A stretch of DNA of 57,122 nucleotides, filler included, from Sphacelaria rigidula (lineage: Eukaryota), in assembly GCA_964200075.2 (NCBI GenBank). It is 7 parts of 7 records of this genome, joined end to end, with 100 filler letters (N's around TTAATTAATTAA, not from the genome) between each part and the next. Parts side by side here need not be neighbours in the genome. Positions count along the whole stretch, not along the records: positions 1 to 8,075 come from CAXNAA020012394.1; positions 8,176 to 16,250 come from CAXNAA020012395.1; 5 more parts are not named here. One strand, given 5' to 3'. A program made the translations under genes and the position numbers. Under the pieces are notes generated by a model. That model was not told where the DNA came from and made no database searches. It saw only the letters and a program-made list of their open reading frames with translations. Below, in pieces: positions 1-11,880 of the stretch (positions are counted from its first letter, which is position 1; each line of letters opens with the position of its first letter).

Positions 1-72
1 CGGTGCTCCGTCTCGAAAGGGATGCGTGGTCAATGGTCAAACGACTAAGGCAAGCAACACATGAGAACGCCC
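1..72 (+). repeat. Copy of dispersed ~103-bp repeat family (GGTGCTCCGTCTCGAAAGGGATGCGTGGTCAATGGTCAAACGAC...)
   Basis: Near-identical sequence at 23980-24188 (two tandem units), 24526-24590 and 32957-33026. Confidence 0.9.
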
Positions 73-148
73 CTCCACCCCCTTGCGTGCGCAACTTTAC
101 CATGTTTGTCCGGAGCTACCGTACACACGGCTGTATTTGTCATTATTT

Positions 149-353
149 CAAGGGTAGGTCGAGTAGAGTATACTCAATTGCGGGGTATTTTGAAAGTCGT
201 ACTTGAAGTACACGAATTGGGGGTAGGGTTTCAGGGATCGCTTTCCAGTTATATTTTGGGTACAACTCCCAACACTCTACCCTCATTTGAGCACCCCAAG
301 TACGTATTTCAAAATGCCCCGCAATTGAGTGTACTCAACTCGACCTGCCCTTG
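149..353. mobile_element. 205-bp hAT-type MITE, copy 1
   Basis: ~57-bp imperfect TIRs (CAAGGGTAGGTCGAGTAGAG.../...CTCAACTCGACCTGCCCTTG); perfect 8-bp TSD CATTATTT at 141-148 and 354-361; second copy at 13727. Confidence 0.92.
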
Positions 354-427
354 CATTATTTAAACCCCACGGCTCTCCGCCCTACCTCCCCTTCCTTCGT
401 GTACTTGTTTTACAGTCTTTCCCTCAC

Positions 428-552
428 TTTATCGCTCCCGCTGCCTCGCCATCCTGCCTCAGAACATTCCCCAGGCTGATATGTATGTCAACATCGGACG
501 GATCTAAATCAGCCGCCACGCGAAAATGTTGAGCCGCTTCCATCAACCGTCC
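428..552 (-). CDS. TPR-repeat protein, third visible exon (GRLMEAAQHFRVAADLDPSDVDIHISLGNVLRQDGEAAGAI)
   Basis: TPR consensus; AG acceptor (weak pyrimidine tract) and GTGAGG donor; phase 0 start continues QDQ|GRL from the previous exon. Confidence 0.8.
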
Positions 553-998
553 CTTCTCTCGCGTAAGCACCAACATCGATGTCATCCACCAACCATGAGC
601 AACGCCCCCACCCCGTCGCCCCAGTACCCGACCCCCCCAGACGCCCCCAGAAGGCAACATGAGTGAAACAGACAACAGGAAAGGACGGCCACCACCGCCG
701 GAACAAGCCGATTGTTCTTCCATAAGTTGATGGATGTCATGCATACAAAGTACAGCATGTATATAGGGATTGATTCACCACCGTAGAAGCCACTCACCTT
801 TTCAAGTATCTTCACTAGTATTCCTTGCATCATTTCAAAATGATATGTACATGTTATCATTGGCACATGTGAGTCAGCTCCTGTGCAATCAAGGTTGTGC
901 AAAAATGCACGCCCACCTGGTCCTGCCCGATTAATGTACAACATAAGTGGACTTCATCCTTTCCCCAACGGCTTTCGCACATAATGCGTGTACTGTAC

Positions 999-1120
999 CT
1001 GATCCTGTCTGACGTAGGCAAGATTGTAGTGTGCCAGCACGTAGTCCGGGGCGAGCGCAATCGCCTTTTCATAGCACGTCGCGGCCTCATCCAGCTCCCC
1101 AAGCTCCTGGAGAGCGATCC
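999..1120 (-). CDS. TPR-repeat protein, second visible exon (GIALQELGELDEAATCYEKAIALAPDYVLAHYNLAYVRQDQ)
   Basis: Canonical TPR motif; CAG acceptor and GTACAG donor; phase 1 start matches the upstream exon. Confidence 0.9.
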
Positions 1121-2504
1121 CTGATGAAGGTTTTATTGCCATGCGTTTGGGCAGCTATAATAGTGAGGGTTGCAAGATGGTGTGTGTGTGTGTTTGTGTG
1201 TGTGTTTGCAGGAGAGAGAGAGAAACGGTGCATGTTACTCAGATCTGGATATCATGCGGAATTCCTTATATTTCCCCTATCTTTGTTTTTTCTGCCGAGA
1301 GAAAATCGAGGTAAAACACACAAAAACAGACGAAGATGAAAAAAAAAAAACGACGTTCGTTGGAGAAGAAAATGGCGGACTCTGGTACGGTCGTGCATCA
1401 ACACCATGTTTGGTCGATCGAAAATGTGAGGTGGAAAAAGAAAACTCTAATCTGACAAGTCGTGACTTCAATCATCGCCTTTCATGTTGACATCACAACC
1501 CACCAGATCGGAACGTTTGTTTTCCACCGCATTTTTTCGATCGAGAAGTGATTTACTAAGCCACGGCCTCACAGGGAAGTGCAAGATAAACGCCGCAGAG
1601 CGGGTAAACCTTAAATATTGCCTCAAAAGAGAAAAACACCCCCTTCATGCAGTGATTCGAATTATCCTAGAGCACACGTGTGCAAAATGGCAGGGTCTGA
1701 GTCGAGAAGCCCGCTAGAGAAATCGCTGCGGAGGATGTTTTGGTCGTTCATCCTGTACCAGCCTGTATTGGACTTACTAAGTGTAGGTGTCGTGGCTGAG
1801 GCTCCAACACTCGTTTTTTCTGGGAATCTCGGCCTGGTTTGCCCTCTAAAATCTCGTCTCTTGTGAGCGGGCTGAAACTGTATGTCGACACAAGACACAA
1901 ATAAGAAGACAAAGACCAAAACTTTTAAAATTTCAACGCCTTCACCGCGAGCGTAGGTCATGCAGTAATCTTATGCTGATCCGACCGATAGCCTATGCTG
2001 GCGGTCAAAGGGTTACCGAAAAATTTGCCGCGAGTGAAAATTTTGTAGATAGCTGTGTCGTATTGGAAATAGAATATTAGCCCCACAGCCCCAGGCCCAA
2101 AAAATATTCCTATATACACATACATGCATAGATGTACGTATGTACAGAATCACTCCTTGATATTTTAGTGGACACATTCACAGTTTAGATGAGGCTTGAG
2201 AAGTGAGGGTCGATCGAGCCTCGACTCCCACCGGTGATTCTTACCAGCGGGCCGTCGCTGCACTGGTTTCCCTCCCTCCATGTGCAATACTCCTGCTACA
2301 TATACTGCATCCAATACTACATAGTATTTATGTTTTGCACATCCGTAAAACTATGGTGTCCATGCTCAATACAACATTCGATGCGCATGTATGAACTCGT
2401 ATACTCCTCGTCTTGTGCCAAAGTGCCCCTCTCCCCCCCCCCCCCCCCCCCCCCCCACCAAGTGCATTTCCAGTGTTTCCCGGGTATCGTGCCACGCGAC
2501 ACAC

Positions 2505-2661
2505 CTAGGTTGTAATGCGACGCCTTGTGTGTCGGGTCCAGCTTCACGGCGCTGCGGTACATCTTCGCGGCCTCTTTCACCTGACCGCGCTTTTGCAATA
2601 AGTTCCCCATGTGGTATACCCGCCGCGCCCGAGTCGCCGGGTCATCTTCAGGCGATTCATC
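2505..2661 (-). CDS. TPR-repeat protein, first visible exon (DESPEDDPATRARRVYHMGNLLQKRGQVKEAAKMYRSAVKLDPTHKASHYNL)
   Basis: TPR motif; polypyrimidine tract + CAG acceptor; GTGTGT donor; ends in phase 1, giving YNL-G-IAL when spliced to 1120. Confidence 0.88.
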
Positions 2662-5600
2662 CTGCCAAAAAAAGGGGAGGGAATATAGGAAAAGCAATAT
2701 ATATATTAAAATAAAAAAATGGAATATGTGCGATTGGAAAATTATTTGAAATTTCCACCGCTACACATAATCATTACAGTAGCTGGAACAAATGAACTTA
2801 TTAAATGTACATGCATGTCAGACTTCTGCGCTGGGTAGGCAAGGCATGGTAGAAAGAGTTCCCAAGGATGTAGTATGGCGTTCGCACCCAAGGCTTGATG
2901 TAGTGAAGCGGTCATACACATGTAAGGCAGGCGAATAAGAAAAAAAATCACCCCGGTGTGGTTGGTCGGGTCAATTTTGACCAATTAACAGCACACTCCG
3001 AGTGAAGTGTTCCTAATATCTTCATGTCTCGATGTCATCAGTCGGAGTACAGAAGTCCCTTATTCTGCGAACAATCAGGCTTCAGTCTCTCTCTTCATTT
3101 TATTTTTCCTCGAACGAAGGAGAAAACCTGACCCAACACTTTCTCCGCAACCTCAAGTCTAGGTGTAGGCTATCAGAGCATACAGTACAGATATCACATT
3201 TCTATCGCATACATGGCAGAATATAGGGAAACATGAAAATATTGCAAAACCTCATGCCGTGCTGACTGTACACTGTACAAAGCAAAACAAATGGTAGAAG
3301 CGACCATATAATGGGCAATCACCCCCGTTCGCTCTGTCTGTACACGATGCCTTCTTGTTTGTCACAGGCAACAAAGTCGACAAGTGCCGCATAACCTCGG
3401 TAATATTGCCCGTTGTCCAGGGGTGCAACGGGCTGTGTTATGGTCTTTTTCCACTCGCAAGCACCATCAGGTAAGTCAGCCTCCAGATGAAGGTCGATAG
3501 ACCGGACGCGTTTACTTCGTTCGTCCATCGACCAAAACATGCTGCTCGTGCTGCTAGTCACGTGAACTTTTGCACATCCATCCCCACTTCGTCGAAGATA
3601 CTTCTGGGTTTTCACGGCGACTTTAGTATTGTTCCGGAATAGGCCATATATGGTAGGTTACACGATATAAGGCCACCTAGATGCCCGCGCCACAGCCCTC
3701 TGGATGTAAGGCCGGTTTTCCTGTCCTGGGCAAAATTGCCCTTGAATCTGCGCACGGAGTCCTGACACAGCCATAGTCACAATACTATACAATGAGTGAA
3801 GCAATACGATGCAGTGGTTCTGTTCTCCGTCAATTGGGACAACGCTCGCCCAATGTTAACCCGACAAAAACCCCGTTCGGCCTATATTGGGTGTAGGAGC
3901 CTGGTGACTGGTGAACCAACATGACGCGTTACTCGATAGAAGGCCGCCTTATTCGGCATGGATCAACCTCGCCTTATACCGGGTCACTTACTGCATTTAG
4001 ATAAGCTTGTTAGGCGCACACATGCTGTTGGTTACGTTGTCTATCGGGTCGTCCGTGTAGAGATGGAGAAGCCCATCAACGGCACGGTCATAAACAATGA
4101 GCGAGTAAAAAAGAGACGTGCGTGTGAGCGTAAAATTGTAGATGGCCCAGATCGCGGCCGTAGGATATATGCGTGTACCTCAAAGGCAGCAAAGGATCAC
4201 CAACACGACAGTACAGTACAGTACTACAGAGCAGCGTCACTTACACTGTATGTTGTGTCTGATGCTGCTACTGTACAGTCGTCGTGTGTGCTTTACGTGC
4301 AGTGAGAAATGAAGATGGCGGTGGCTGGCTGTACACGCTTGGACACAATCTGAGGCGGGTCAGCTTGGAAACAACGCGATCTTACAAACAATTCACGACG
4401 ACGCAAGGTACGTGTATGCTGGGATGAAAACCTCGCAGAGGATTGAAAAAGCGTCCACGAGAAACGTTTCAACTGAAAACGGTGGGGTTTCGACAGACCG
4501 GTGCATTTTTCTGCTCATTAATAGAAGGTGATGGACACTGCAGAGATAGTTGATAAGACAGGGTGCAGCCCGAGTGCGAGTAATGTAAGGCGTAGACAAC
4601 CCAGGTACTCTGCAATTCTCAGCATTATCATCAGGCGATGCTCACGCCTCCGGAGTGCCGTGTCATCGTCCACGAGTCAATGTTCGTGCATTTACTCACC
4701 TATGCTTGCTACTCAGCCTGCCCGTGGCACTGTACCAACACGGATGGGCATCTCAACATGCAGTGCACAATTTTCTGAGCTCAAGCTTCTAGAGTTGTGA
4801 CTAATCTGCGCCGAACGGAACCATTACTCGTACTGAACTGATCATCCTTCTTTTCTCTTCCTTGGAATATCAAGCATTTTCGGCAATAATTGAGACACCA
4901 CGTAATCTTCAGTAACGATTACTGAGAATACTTCGGTCGTAACACTGAGTACCTAGGCCATCGTCCTGCATTTTCGTTTTTTTTTCAGTATTTTTGGGTA
5001 GTAGATACTTTAGGTACTCTCTAGTACCCCTTACTGTACTGAAAATACCACACCGTGGACAATGACGATTTACCTCAATGTCAAAAAGTGTACAGCGTCC
5101 AATATCGACTGTTGCGTCTCTGCAATAGACAAGAGATTCCACACTGTACCCAGTAAAAATTTTCACAACGTCATACATTGTCCTTGTCCAGGGTGTAGAA
5201 AATACTCTGACCACAACACTGAGTACCCCAATCATCGTCCTAGATGCTACGCACGCTGGCAAAGTTTGTGGGTCATGACAGATTTCAAAATGAGGTCGCA
5301 TCGGCGACGTAGTTAGGCCCAATGAAATCGTCGGCTCACCTCCGACAGATAGGGGGTAACTCAGAGTGAATTACAAGATTTTCGCGCGAAGCGCGATCAT
5401 GGCCGAGCGTTTAAAAATCGGCACTCGGCAAAAACTGAGGAACCGTCTGAAATGAGGGGAAGAACTATCACATGGGACATGTGCTGTTTCACCGTGCTGC
5501 AGCACAAACACTCTCACACCCTCCCTCATGTGCTGTAGCTATCACTGCGCTGTGGTGTGTTCGAAGACGGTTTGGTCTCCGCTGGGATTGCGTCAGCTGC

Positions 5601-7710
5601 CTTACTGTCGCTACCTTTGTCTTTACAGAAATAAGGAAAATTATGTTTGTCGGCACGTAGTGCTGTTACACACTGTCGTGTGTTGGCTGTTCCGTCTTCC
5701 GTCAAACGAACAAGGCGCTTCCCAAATCCATCATTTCTATACTGTAAATGTCGCTGTGCTGTTGTGCATCTACAATATACACTTTACGACGAACATGCTG
5801 TGATGTGCGCTGGAGAGTGCCTAAACAGTTGTACTGCTGCATGCCGTGTTCCGGTCTGCACAGAGTTGGGGTGGGATCAAAGTGCTGTACAAAAAGTTCA
5901 GACGATTACGTGACGACTGTGCAGCTGTCTGTTGCGTCTTCTTTGGTACTTCAGTTGTAGTCGAGTGCTGTGATCAGAGAAGACACGCAAAGCGGACGCT
6001 TGCAGGTTGGGGCAAACAAACTCAGCCAGCACGGAGCTGCTGTATCCCAAGCGACTGGTGACTGCAGCTGTCTGACTGGCAGCGGCACAATGTGTTAGCC
6101 AATCACGGCTAGTTGACCACTAAATCCCCAGTCGATTCTCTCATCTGATTGAAGAAATGACACCGCATTTTGGTATATTGGGAGGCTCTGACTGGTCGAA
6201 AAATCGTGCCAGTCAAAATTCTTGACCCTATCTGTGGCCCCCGTGTCAGATTGTCGGCTTCGATTTTGTTGCACAATAAAAAAGAGTGACTTGTCAACTG
6301 TTCGTCGAAGGAGGGGGGCTAGTTCGAATGAACATGGGATGCGCGGTCCATCCGACGCGGTGACAGTTAACTACAGTGATAAATTTAATCCCGTGGCCTC
6401 GTGTCAGACTCCAGGTGTTCCTTCTCGGTGATACTTTAGTGGAAGGCCGTTGTCGCACCACTTGGAATATGATCGTCTGACGCGTGCACTTGTTTTGCAC
6501 AGGGGGCGGCATTTTCATTTTTTCCCTCGCGTTTTGATTTGAAAGTCAGTGATGCAGCTGGTTCAGACAATACAGCTGGCCGTCGTCAGCATAGTAGAGG
6601 TACCGTCAACCTGATTTTTTTTGTACGTGAGAAATGATATATAAAAAATGCGCGAGTTCGGGTCGTTCAAACGCTCAATTGGCCTACGAGCGGAGATTTA
6701 CGCTTACACCGTGGTCATCCTCCAGAGACCGTCGAGAACGTCAGAGGCAGGATTCTTCGAGCAGGAGACTGCGGGCGTCAAAAGGGCTGACGAGCGAACT
6801 TGGAGCGCAAATGATCTCTGGCGACAAGGACTACATTTGTGTAGCGCAACAACGCACGCGCGCAAGTGAAGCATGAGGCACACTTGACCGCGTTTCGGGC
6901 GGTCAGAATGGTAAATGGCTTTTCCGGCTTTGTTGCCGCGGCTGCCTCCGCGGCACATCAATCACCCGTGTGTGCGGTGGGTAGTGGACAATATCCGGTG
7001 GTTATTCCAAAGTCCACCTGCCGAGTTGTTCGGTAGCTGTCAGCAGCCACGTGTCAAGCTGTTCCCCCCCGGAGCCTCTAGACCCCCCCCCCCTCCCCCC
7101 GATCCTCGTGTTTCTATTCCAGGGGGAGGGGGCGGAGGGGGTGCAGAAAGAAATAGAGTAAGCTCAAGAGCGGAAAAGTTGGTTTGGAAAATCAATTGGA
7201 AAGTTTGAGAATAGCTCTGCGCCGACAACATGCATTTTTCGGGTATTACCAAAAACACTCCTCTCTGCCTCGTGCCTCGTGTCCACATTCGTCGAACACA
7301 TTCAAAGATGCGGCGTCTCTCGCAATGGTGGTGGGTCCATCATCTCTGTACTGGTACCACAAAAGGCGCACGGCAGAGGAGCAATCTACAACACGTCAAG
7401 ACAACGACACCCGACAAAACACCCAGGACAGGCGCCCCCAAGCAAGCCGTACACAACAGCATTTTCAAGCTTCCGCACTAGCCCTTGCTAATCAACACAC
7501 AGGAGTTGAGTCTCAAGTCCTTGCTTCACGAGAATCCGTCCAGTATTGGGGACGAAATGGCGGCTGCTTGCGTGTGGTGCTTTCAGCGTGCTGTCTCAAC
7601 ACAAATTATCGGCTCCTGAGGTTCAAGTCCCCCCAGATTCATGACTTGAACCAAGGACAGCGTACGCAGCCGCTCCAACAGCTTGGATAAGGGCTCGAGC
7701 TCTACATTCT

Positions 7711-7845
7711 TGTCCAGCTGGAGGCAGTGAGGCTTTCAGGTTCATTTGTGCTCGTGTTGAGCAACAGCCAGGGCTTGCGTTACGTACATGTCGAAGTTTT
7801 TGTCCAGCGGGAGACAGCGTGGCTTTCAGGTTCACGTGTGGTTGT
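7711..7845. repeat. Diverged tandem duplication, 90-bp period
   Basis: TGTCCAGC..GAG.CAG.G.GGCTTTCAGGTTCA at 7711 and 7801. Confidence 0.7.
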
Positions 7846-7926
7846 TACGAGTTGTGCGTTACGGCTTCAAATGCAACCATTGCGATGGTGACTTCATTGC
7901 TTCTCCCCCCCCCTCGAGCAAGCTGT

Positions 7927-8001
7927 CCCGGCTTTGTAGGGATGCGAGGTAAATGGTCTGATGACTATGGCATGCATGATCACGAGTACACCCCCCCCCC
8001 C
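7927..8001 (+). repeat. Dispersed repeat (CCGGCTTTGTAGGG...GGTCTGATGACTATGGCATGCATGATCACGAGTACAC-polyC)
   Basis: Related copies at ~40674-40750 (+) and ~32540-32600 (-); all three lie near contig ends. Confidence 0.75.
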
Positions 8002-8075
8002 TAAAGCAAACTGGTGTGTCTGTCTATTTGCCCACATATCGACGCAAAGGAATTCCACAACACACCGAGGACTTT

Positions 8076-8175
8076 NNNNNNNNNNNNNNNNNNNNNNNNN
8101 NNNNNNNNNNNNNNNNNNNTTAATTAATTAANNNNNNNNNNNNNNNNNNNNNNNNNNNNNNNNNNNNNNNNNNNN
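8076..8175. other. Artificial contig linker
   Basis: N44-TTAATTAATTAA-N44 (stops in all six frames); identical linker recurs every ~8175 nt, so the contigs appear length-sorted and concatenated. Confidence 0.98.
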
Positions 8176-8238
8176 CAATCAGGCCGAAGAAATCGTGAAT
8201 TTGGTGATTTTGAGTCGTGATGATTTGTCCTAACCGTG
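8176..8238. mobile_element. Terminal fragment of the hAT-like MITE family seen at 27587-27845
   Basis: Ends ...GATGATTTGTCCTAACCGTG, matching the terminus ...GATTCGTCCGAACCGTG at 29766. Confidence 0.7.
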
Positions 8239-8368
8239 ATTTATTTGCAACAACAAAAATGGACGAGACGTTAATTTGTGTAGCTTATATTGTACCATAC
8301 TTCGCGTGGTTTTGCAATGATGCCTGGCCTCTCTGTTGAGAAAGAGCGCGAGCGTGTTCAACGAGTAT

Positions 8369-8670
8369 AACAATATTTTCGTGAGATTGAGAGTAGAGGA
8401 TACGATTAAGGGTGAAAATCGGTCAATAACTAGTGAATGAGTCGTTTCACTTCCAAAATGCCCCTCCACGAGGCCCGACACGTTTTCTTTAGTAGCTTGC
8501 CACCGAGGCCCTTGATATCCCCGAGTAGGATATCGACGGATAGCTGCAAGCACACGCTAGTGATGGAGGCAGAGAAATTACACACGGAATGAAAAATTGG
8601 CCAGGTTGAAGCTAATGATCAAAACCACTCTCAGTCAGCGCTCTACTCTCAATCTCACGAGAACGTTGTT
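8369..8670. mobile_element. ~300-bp MITE with AACAA...TTGTT termini, copy 1
   Basis: ~30-bp TIRs (AACAATATTTTCGTGAGATTGAGAGTAGAG / CTCTACTCTCAATCTCACGAGAACGTTGTT); 4-bp TSD GTAT; full copy at 54284, partial copy at 16351. Confidence 0.9.
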
Positions 8671-9039
8671 GTATGTCACCATCTTTGACAGCGAATTTTA
8701 CTCGGTGTTTTCAGTCCTCTCCATTGCAGCGGCGGTATCTGGGGCCTCATCAAATGGGGATATGCCATTTTTTTTGCCTGTGTCGTTTTGTTTTTTCCTT
8801 CCGGAACCCCGTTGGACAGCGTTGCGATGTTTAGCATCCCACTCTGGACACCCCACAAATCCCCCCACATGGAGATGGCTCGCGCCACCTCTTCTGTATA
8901 CTCACGCGCTAACACTCCGCACTGCGGATATTACAAGCGAGTCTTGAGATATAGTATGGACCGTGGTCGTCATCCTTCCATCGGGGTAAAGAAAGTCATT
9001 GACATCTTAGTTCGAACCCGGTGTGATATTTTTCGGGTG

Positions 9040-11880
9040 GCCGTCACCCCCTGAATCAGTATGAAGGGTACGGTCCACGCCATACCCTGGGACTTGAGAC
9101 TACTTCAGTGCTTGTGTTGGTATTTCACGCAAGAGGGGTGGTCGCAATTATCTCAATGTGCGGGGAGTTGTGAGCTGTAAGGATACGGGCTGTGGCACAA
9201 CCGCATGAAAATACACGACACAAACCCCGTTCGGATCGACCGTTTTGAAAACAGAACCTGAACTGCGAGAAAGACCACACAAGCGTGCGTTGCCTTCCGA
9301 TGTAAACGAGGACTGCGGAGGGGGTGTTATATCCCGTCATGATGACCTGCGACAGAGCCGGTAACTCCCAAATGATCAAAATAAGTGCGACATTCGCAGC
9401 ACCAGTGCTATTTGTCCAACTCTTCAATTTTCAATGTATTCTAGCCCAGTAAAACAAACCTAGCCGACGGTGAGCTACAAACACACGCCCCCTCTGGAGG
9501 GTGGATGTATCGCATGGTAAAACGTTTGCAGTACTGGGAAAATGCACATTCGGGTCACGACGGTCATGATCCATCCGCTTTGTCATAATCCAGCCCTTTC
9601 CTCCGCGCTTGGCCGTGGTTTAGTGATCGATCCAATGCCGATGAGTGTGCTTCTGTCGATGTTAGAGGGTAGGATCGGATGGGAGGGGCTTCATTGTATC
9701 CTGTTTCAGCTGAAAACGTGGCGATTCTGAAAGAAAGCACACTATAACGGTCTGGCCATCTGGTTTTGCCATGCCCGAAAAAGAAGAAACACGATCTTTT
9801 CACGGCGACATGCGGCTCATAAACTGCTATACTGTACTGTAGTCCTGCGGACACCGACCGGCACGACATGCGGCAGCTACGACACGCCCCATGCGCTTTG
9901 ACGCAACGCCAGATATAGGCGATCGTATTGTTAAAATGCCATGGCTAGGTATACTAACGCTAGACATAGGGTCACCGGCTGTTCATATATTGAGACTTTA
10001 GTTTTTTCGTCGTGTGCCCAGCTAGCTGGTTGATGTTTGTGGAACGTGCAGATTATTTTTTGAACGGATGGATGCCAACCGGATGTTGTGATACCTCGCC
10101 ACACCTCCTGAAAACACCGACAAAATGATCTCACACACCCGAATTTCATGTGCTTCACGGCCCCCTGCCGTCACGTCGATCACCTCCCACATGAAGGCAC
10201 CTCGGGCGCAAATCCGCAGATACAGCTCTGCTAGAGCCGTGCGTCATATGGTATGATTGCAGTAGCACAGTATGCAGCACGGTAGAGGGCTGTAATTTGG
10301 CACGTACAACCTCACTGCAGAGTGATATCCCCATATCCTCACAAGGCTAGGTATGAGAGACAATCGTTTCCCCCCAAAGTTCCCATTTATCGTCGTGTAA
10401 GCGGCTGGTTGGCATTTGTGGGGACGTGCAGATCCTATGCTGGAGGTATGGCGATCGCATGTCCTAACGCCCCCGCCCCGCCACATCGCTTGCGAAAGCC
10501 GACCGAACATACAACCACGCACCCAAGTGTCGTTAGCTTCACCACGCCCTCCCGATAAGAGGCACACCCCCCCACATGAAGACAGTTGAAGCACACAGAA
10601 CCAGGGATCCAGCTCTGCCAGAGCCGTGTGTCGCATGTGTCGTTGCAGTACCATACGACGTAGTGCAGTGGGCCCAGCACACTACAATTCTGTTCCGTAC
10701 GGCGTAGTACATTAAAGCGGGGTAATTCGGCAAACACAGTGGCGGAAGGTATAGACTGGGCGTCCAGAATAGATGGGATGGCAACACACAACCCAAGCAG
10801 TGGCCGCGCAACAGCTTGATCCTCACACGACTTGGTGCGATGAATCATCGTTCCTCCCCAAGTCCCGACCATTTGATATACGCAGCGGAGAAAATATCTC
10901 TCGTCCTCGGGTACGCCTGGAAGCTGCTCCGGACCTTGATCGTAGTACACGTCGCATCTCTTCTACGTGCTCAATGACTTTATACGATTCACACTACTAC
11001 GCGCTTTCGCCGAACGCACTACATCGAATCCATGAACAGTGTTGACCCCCCCGAGCCAAACGACCATCGATGGCAAGCACGGTGAACATTCCAAAATTCC
11101 CGGAGAGCGTCCCCGGTGTTCCTTCCTCCAACAATCCCAGGTGGTCAAAACATGCCCTGGAGTAGCACACACAGGATCGTACATTTGAACCAAGATGCCA
11201 CATGCTGCAGTAGAAGAGTGCTGCGAATAAACGGCTGATCTCATCCACTAGCACACTCACGGCAGTTGTCTCCCCTCACAGGCAAGGTCACTCACGATTA
11301 TCGTGCGTCTGTGTGTACATAGAGGCGAATGATCTTCTCGCGTTAGTTAGAGTGGTCTAAACCTGAATGTCTTCGGGGAACGACGGCGTTGTCGTACCCA
11401 GCCCCACTATTTTGCTGCCAGGGTGTCATCCCGCGGGCCGTAACGGTTGTAACGGTAAATTACACCCCCGAACGATGCTGATTTCACCTGCTGGAAAATG
11501 ACACACGCTGCATCATTTTTCCCATGGAGAGAACGAACGGCCTCAAAGCATCTCACGCCACAAGCTGGGAACGAGATATCGGCCGCAAACAGCATCTAGG
11601 TTGAGCTGTAAGGTGAATACAGCTAGGTTATTCAAAGCAAACACGTGTTGCTCCCACTGAGGGTTGGTTCTCCAGGTGAGGTTCCAGTTCGTGTCGAGAA
11701 TTGCTTCGAACTCTTTTGTAGAATCTACATCCACACACCTCATCTACTGTATTTTGAACGAGACCGTCCGTTGATCAAACCCAAGGGCTGGCAAGGAACA
11801 TTAGGATATATTTGGGCGAGTGTCTGTCATTCTTGTTATCCTTGACCTCAATCGTCGGGAGAGTAGCCACTAGCTTCCGT
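9040..11880 (-). pseudogene. Decayed intron-containing CACTA/EnSpm-like transposase
   Basis: Collinear motif remnants across frames: VFTLQLNLD (first catalytic D region), SASFGGVIYRYN, PSFPEDIQ...SVLVDEISRLF...VQMYDPV (cf. PGP..DI..YL.PLVDEL..LW..GV..YD), GHCLGC, EAHEIRVCEIIL (cf. DxMH), GPYPSY; many stops and frameshifts; recognised by eye. Confidence 0.6.

Noticed and set aside
428..2661. Exon-shuffling TPR immune-type gene (one repeat per exon)
   Set aside because: Exons are 157, 122 and 125 nt with mixed phases and do not coincide with repeat units; this looks like an ordinary TPR protein. No gene symbol assigned because no catalytic domain is visible
3856..3875. TTAACCCGACAAA piggyBac-like end matching the inverted motif at 15911-15923
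   Set aside because: The two ends are on different contigs and I found no partner end within either contig
8076..8175. TTAATTAATTAA palindrome recurring every ~8.17 kb
   Set aside because: Artificial concatenation linker; no biological periodicity, and no synteny can be inferred across it
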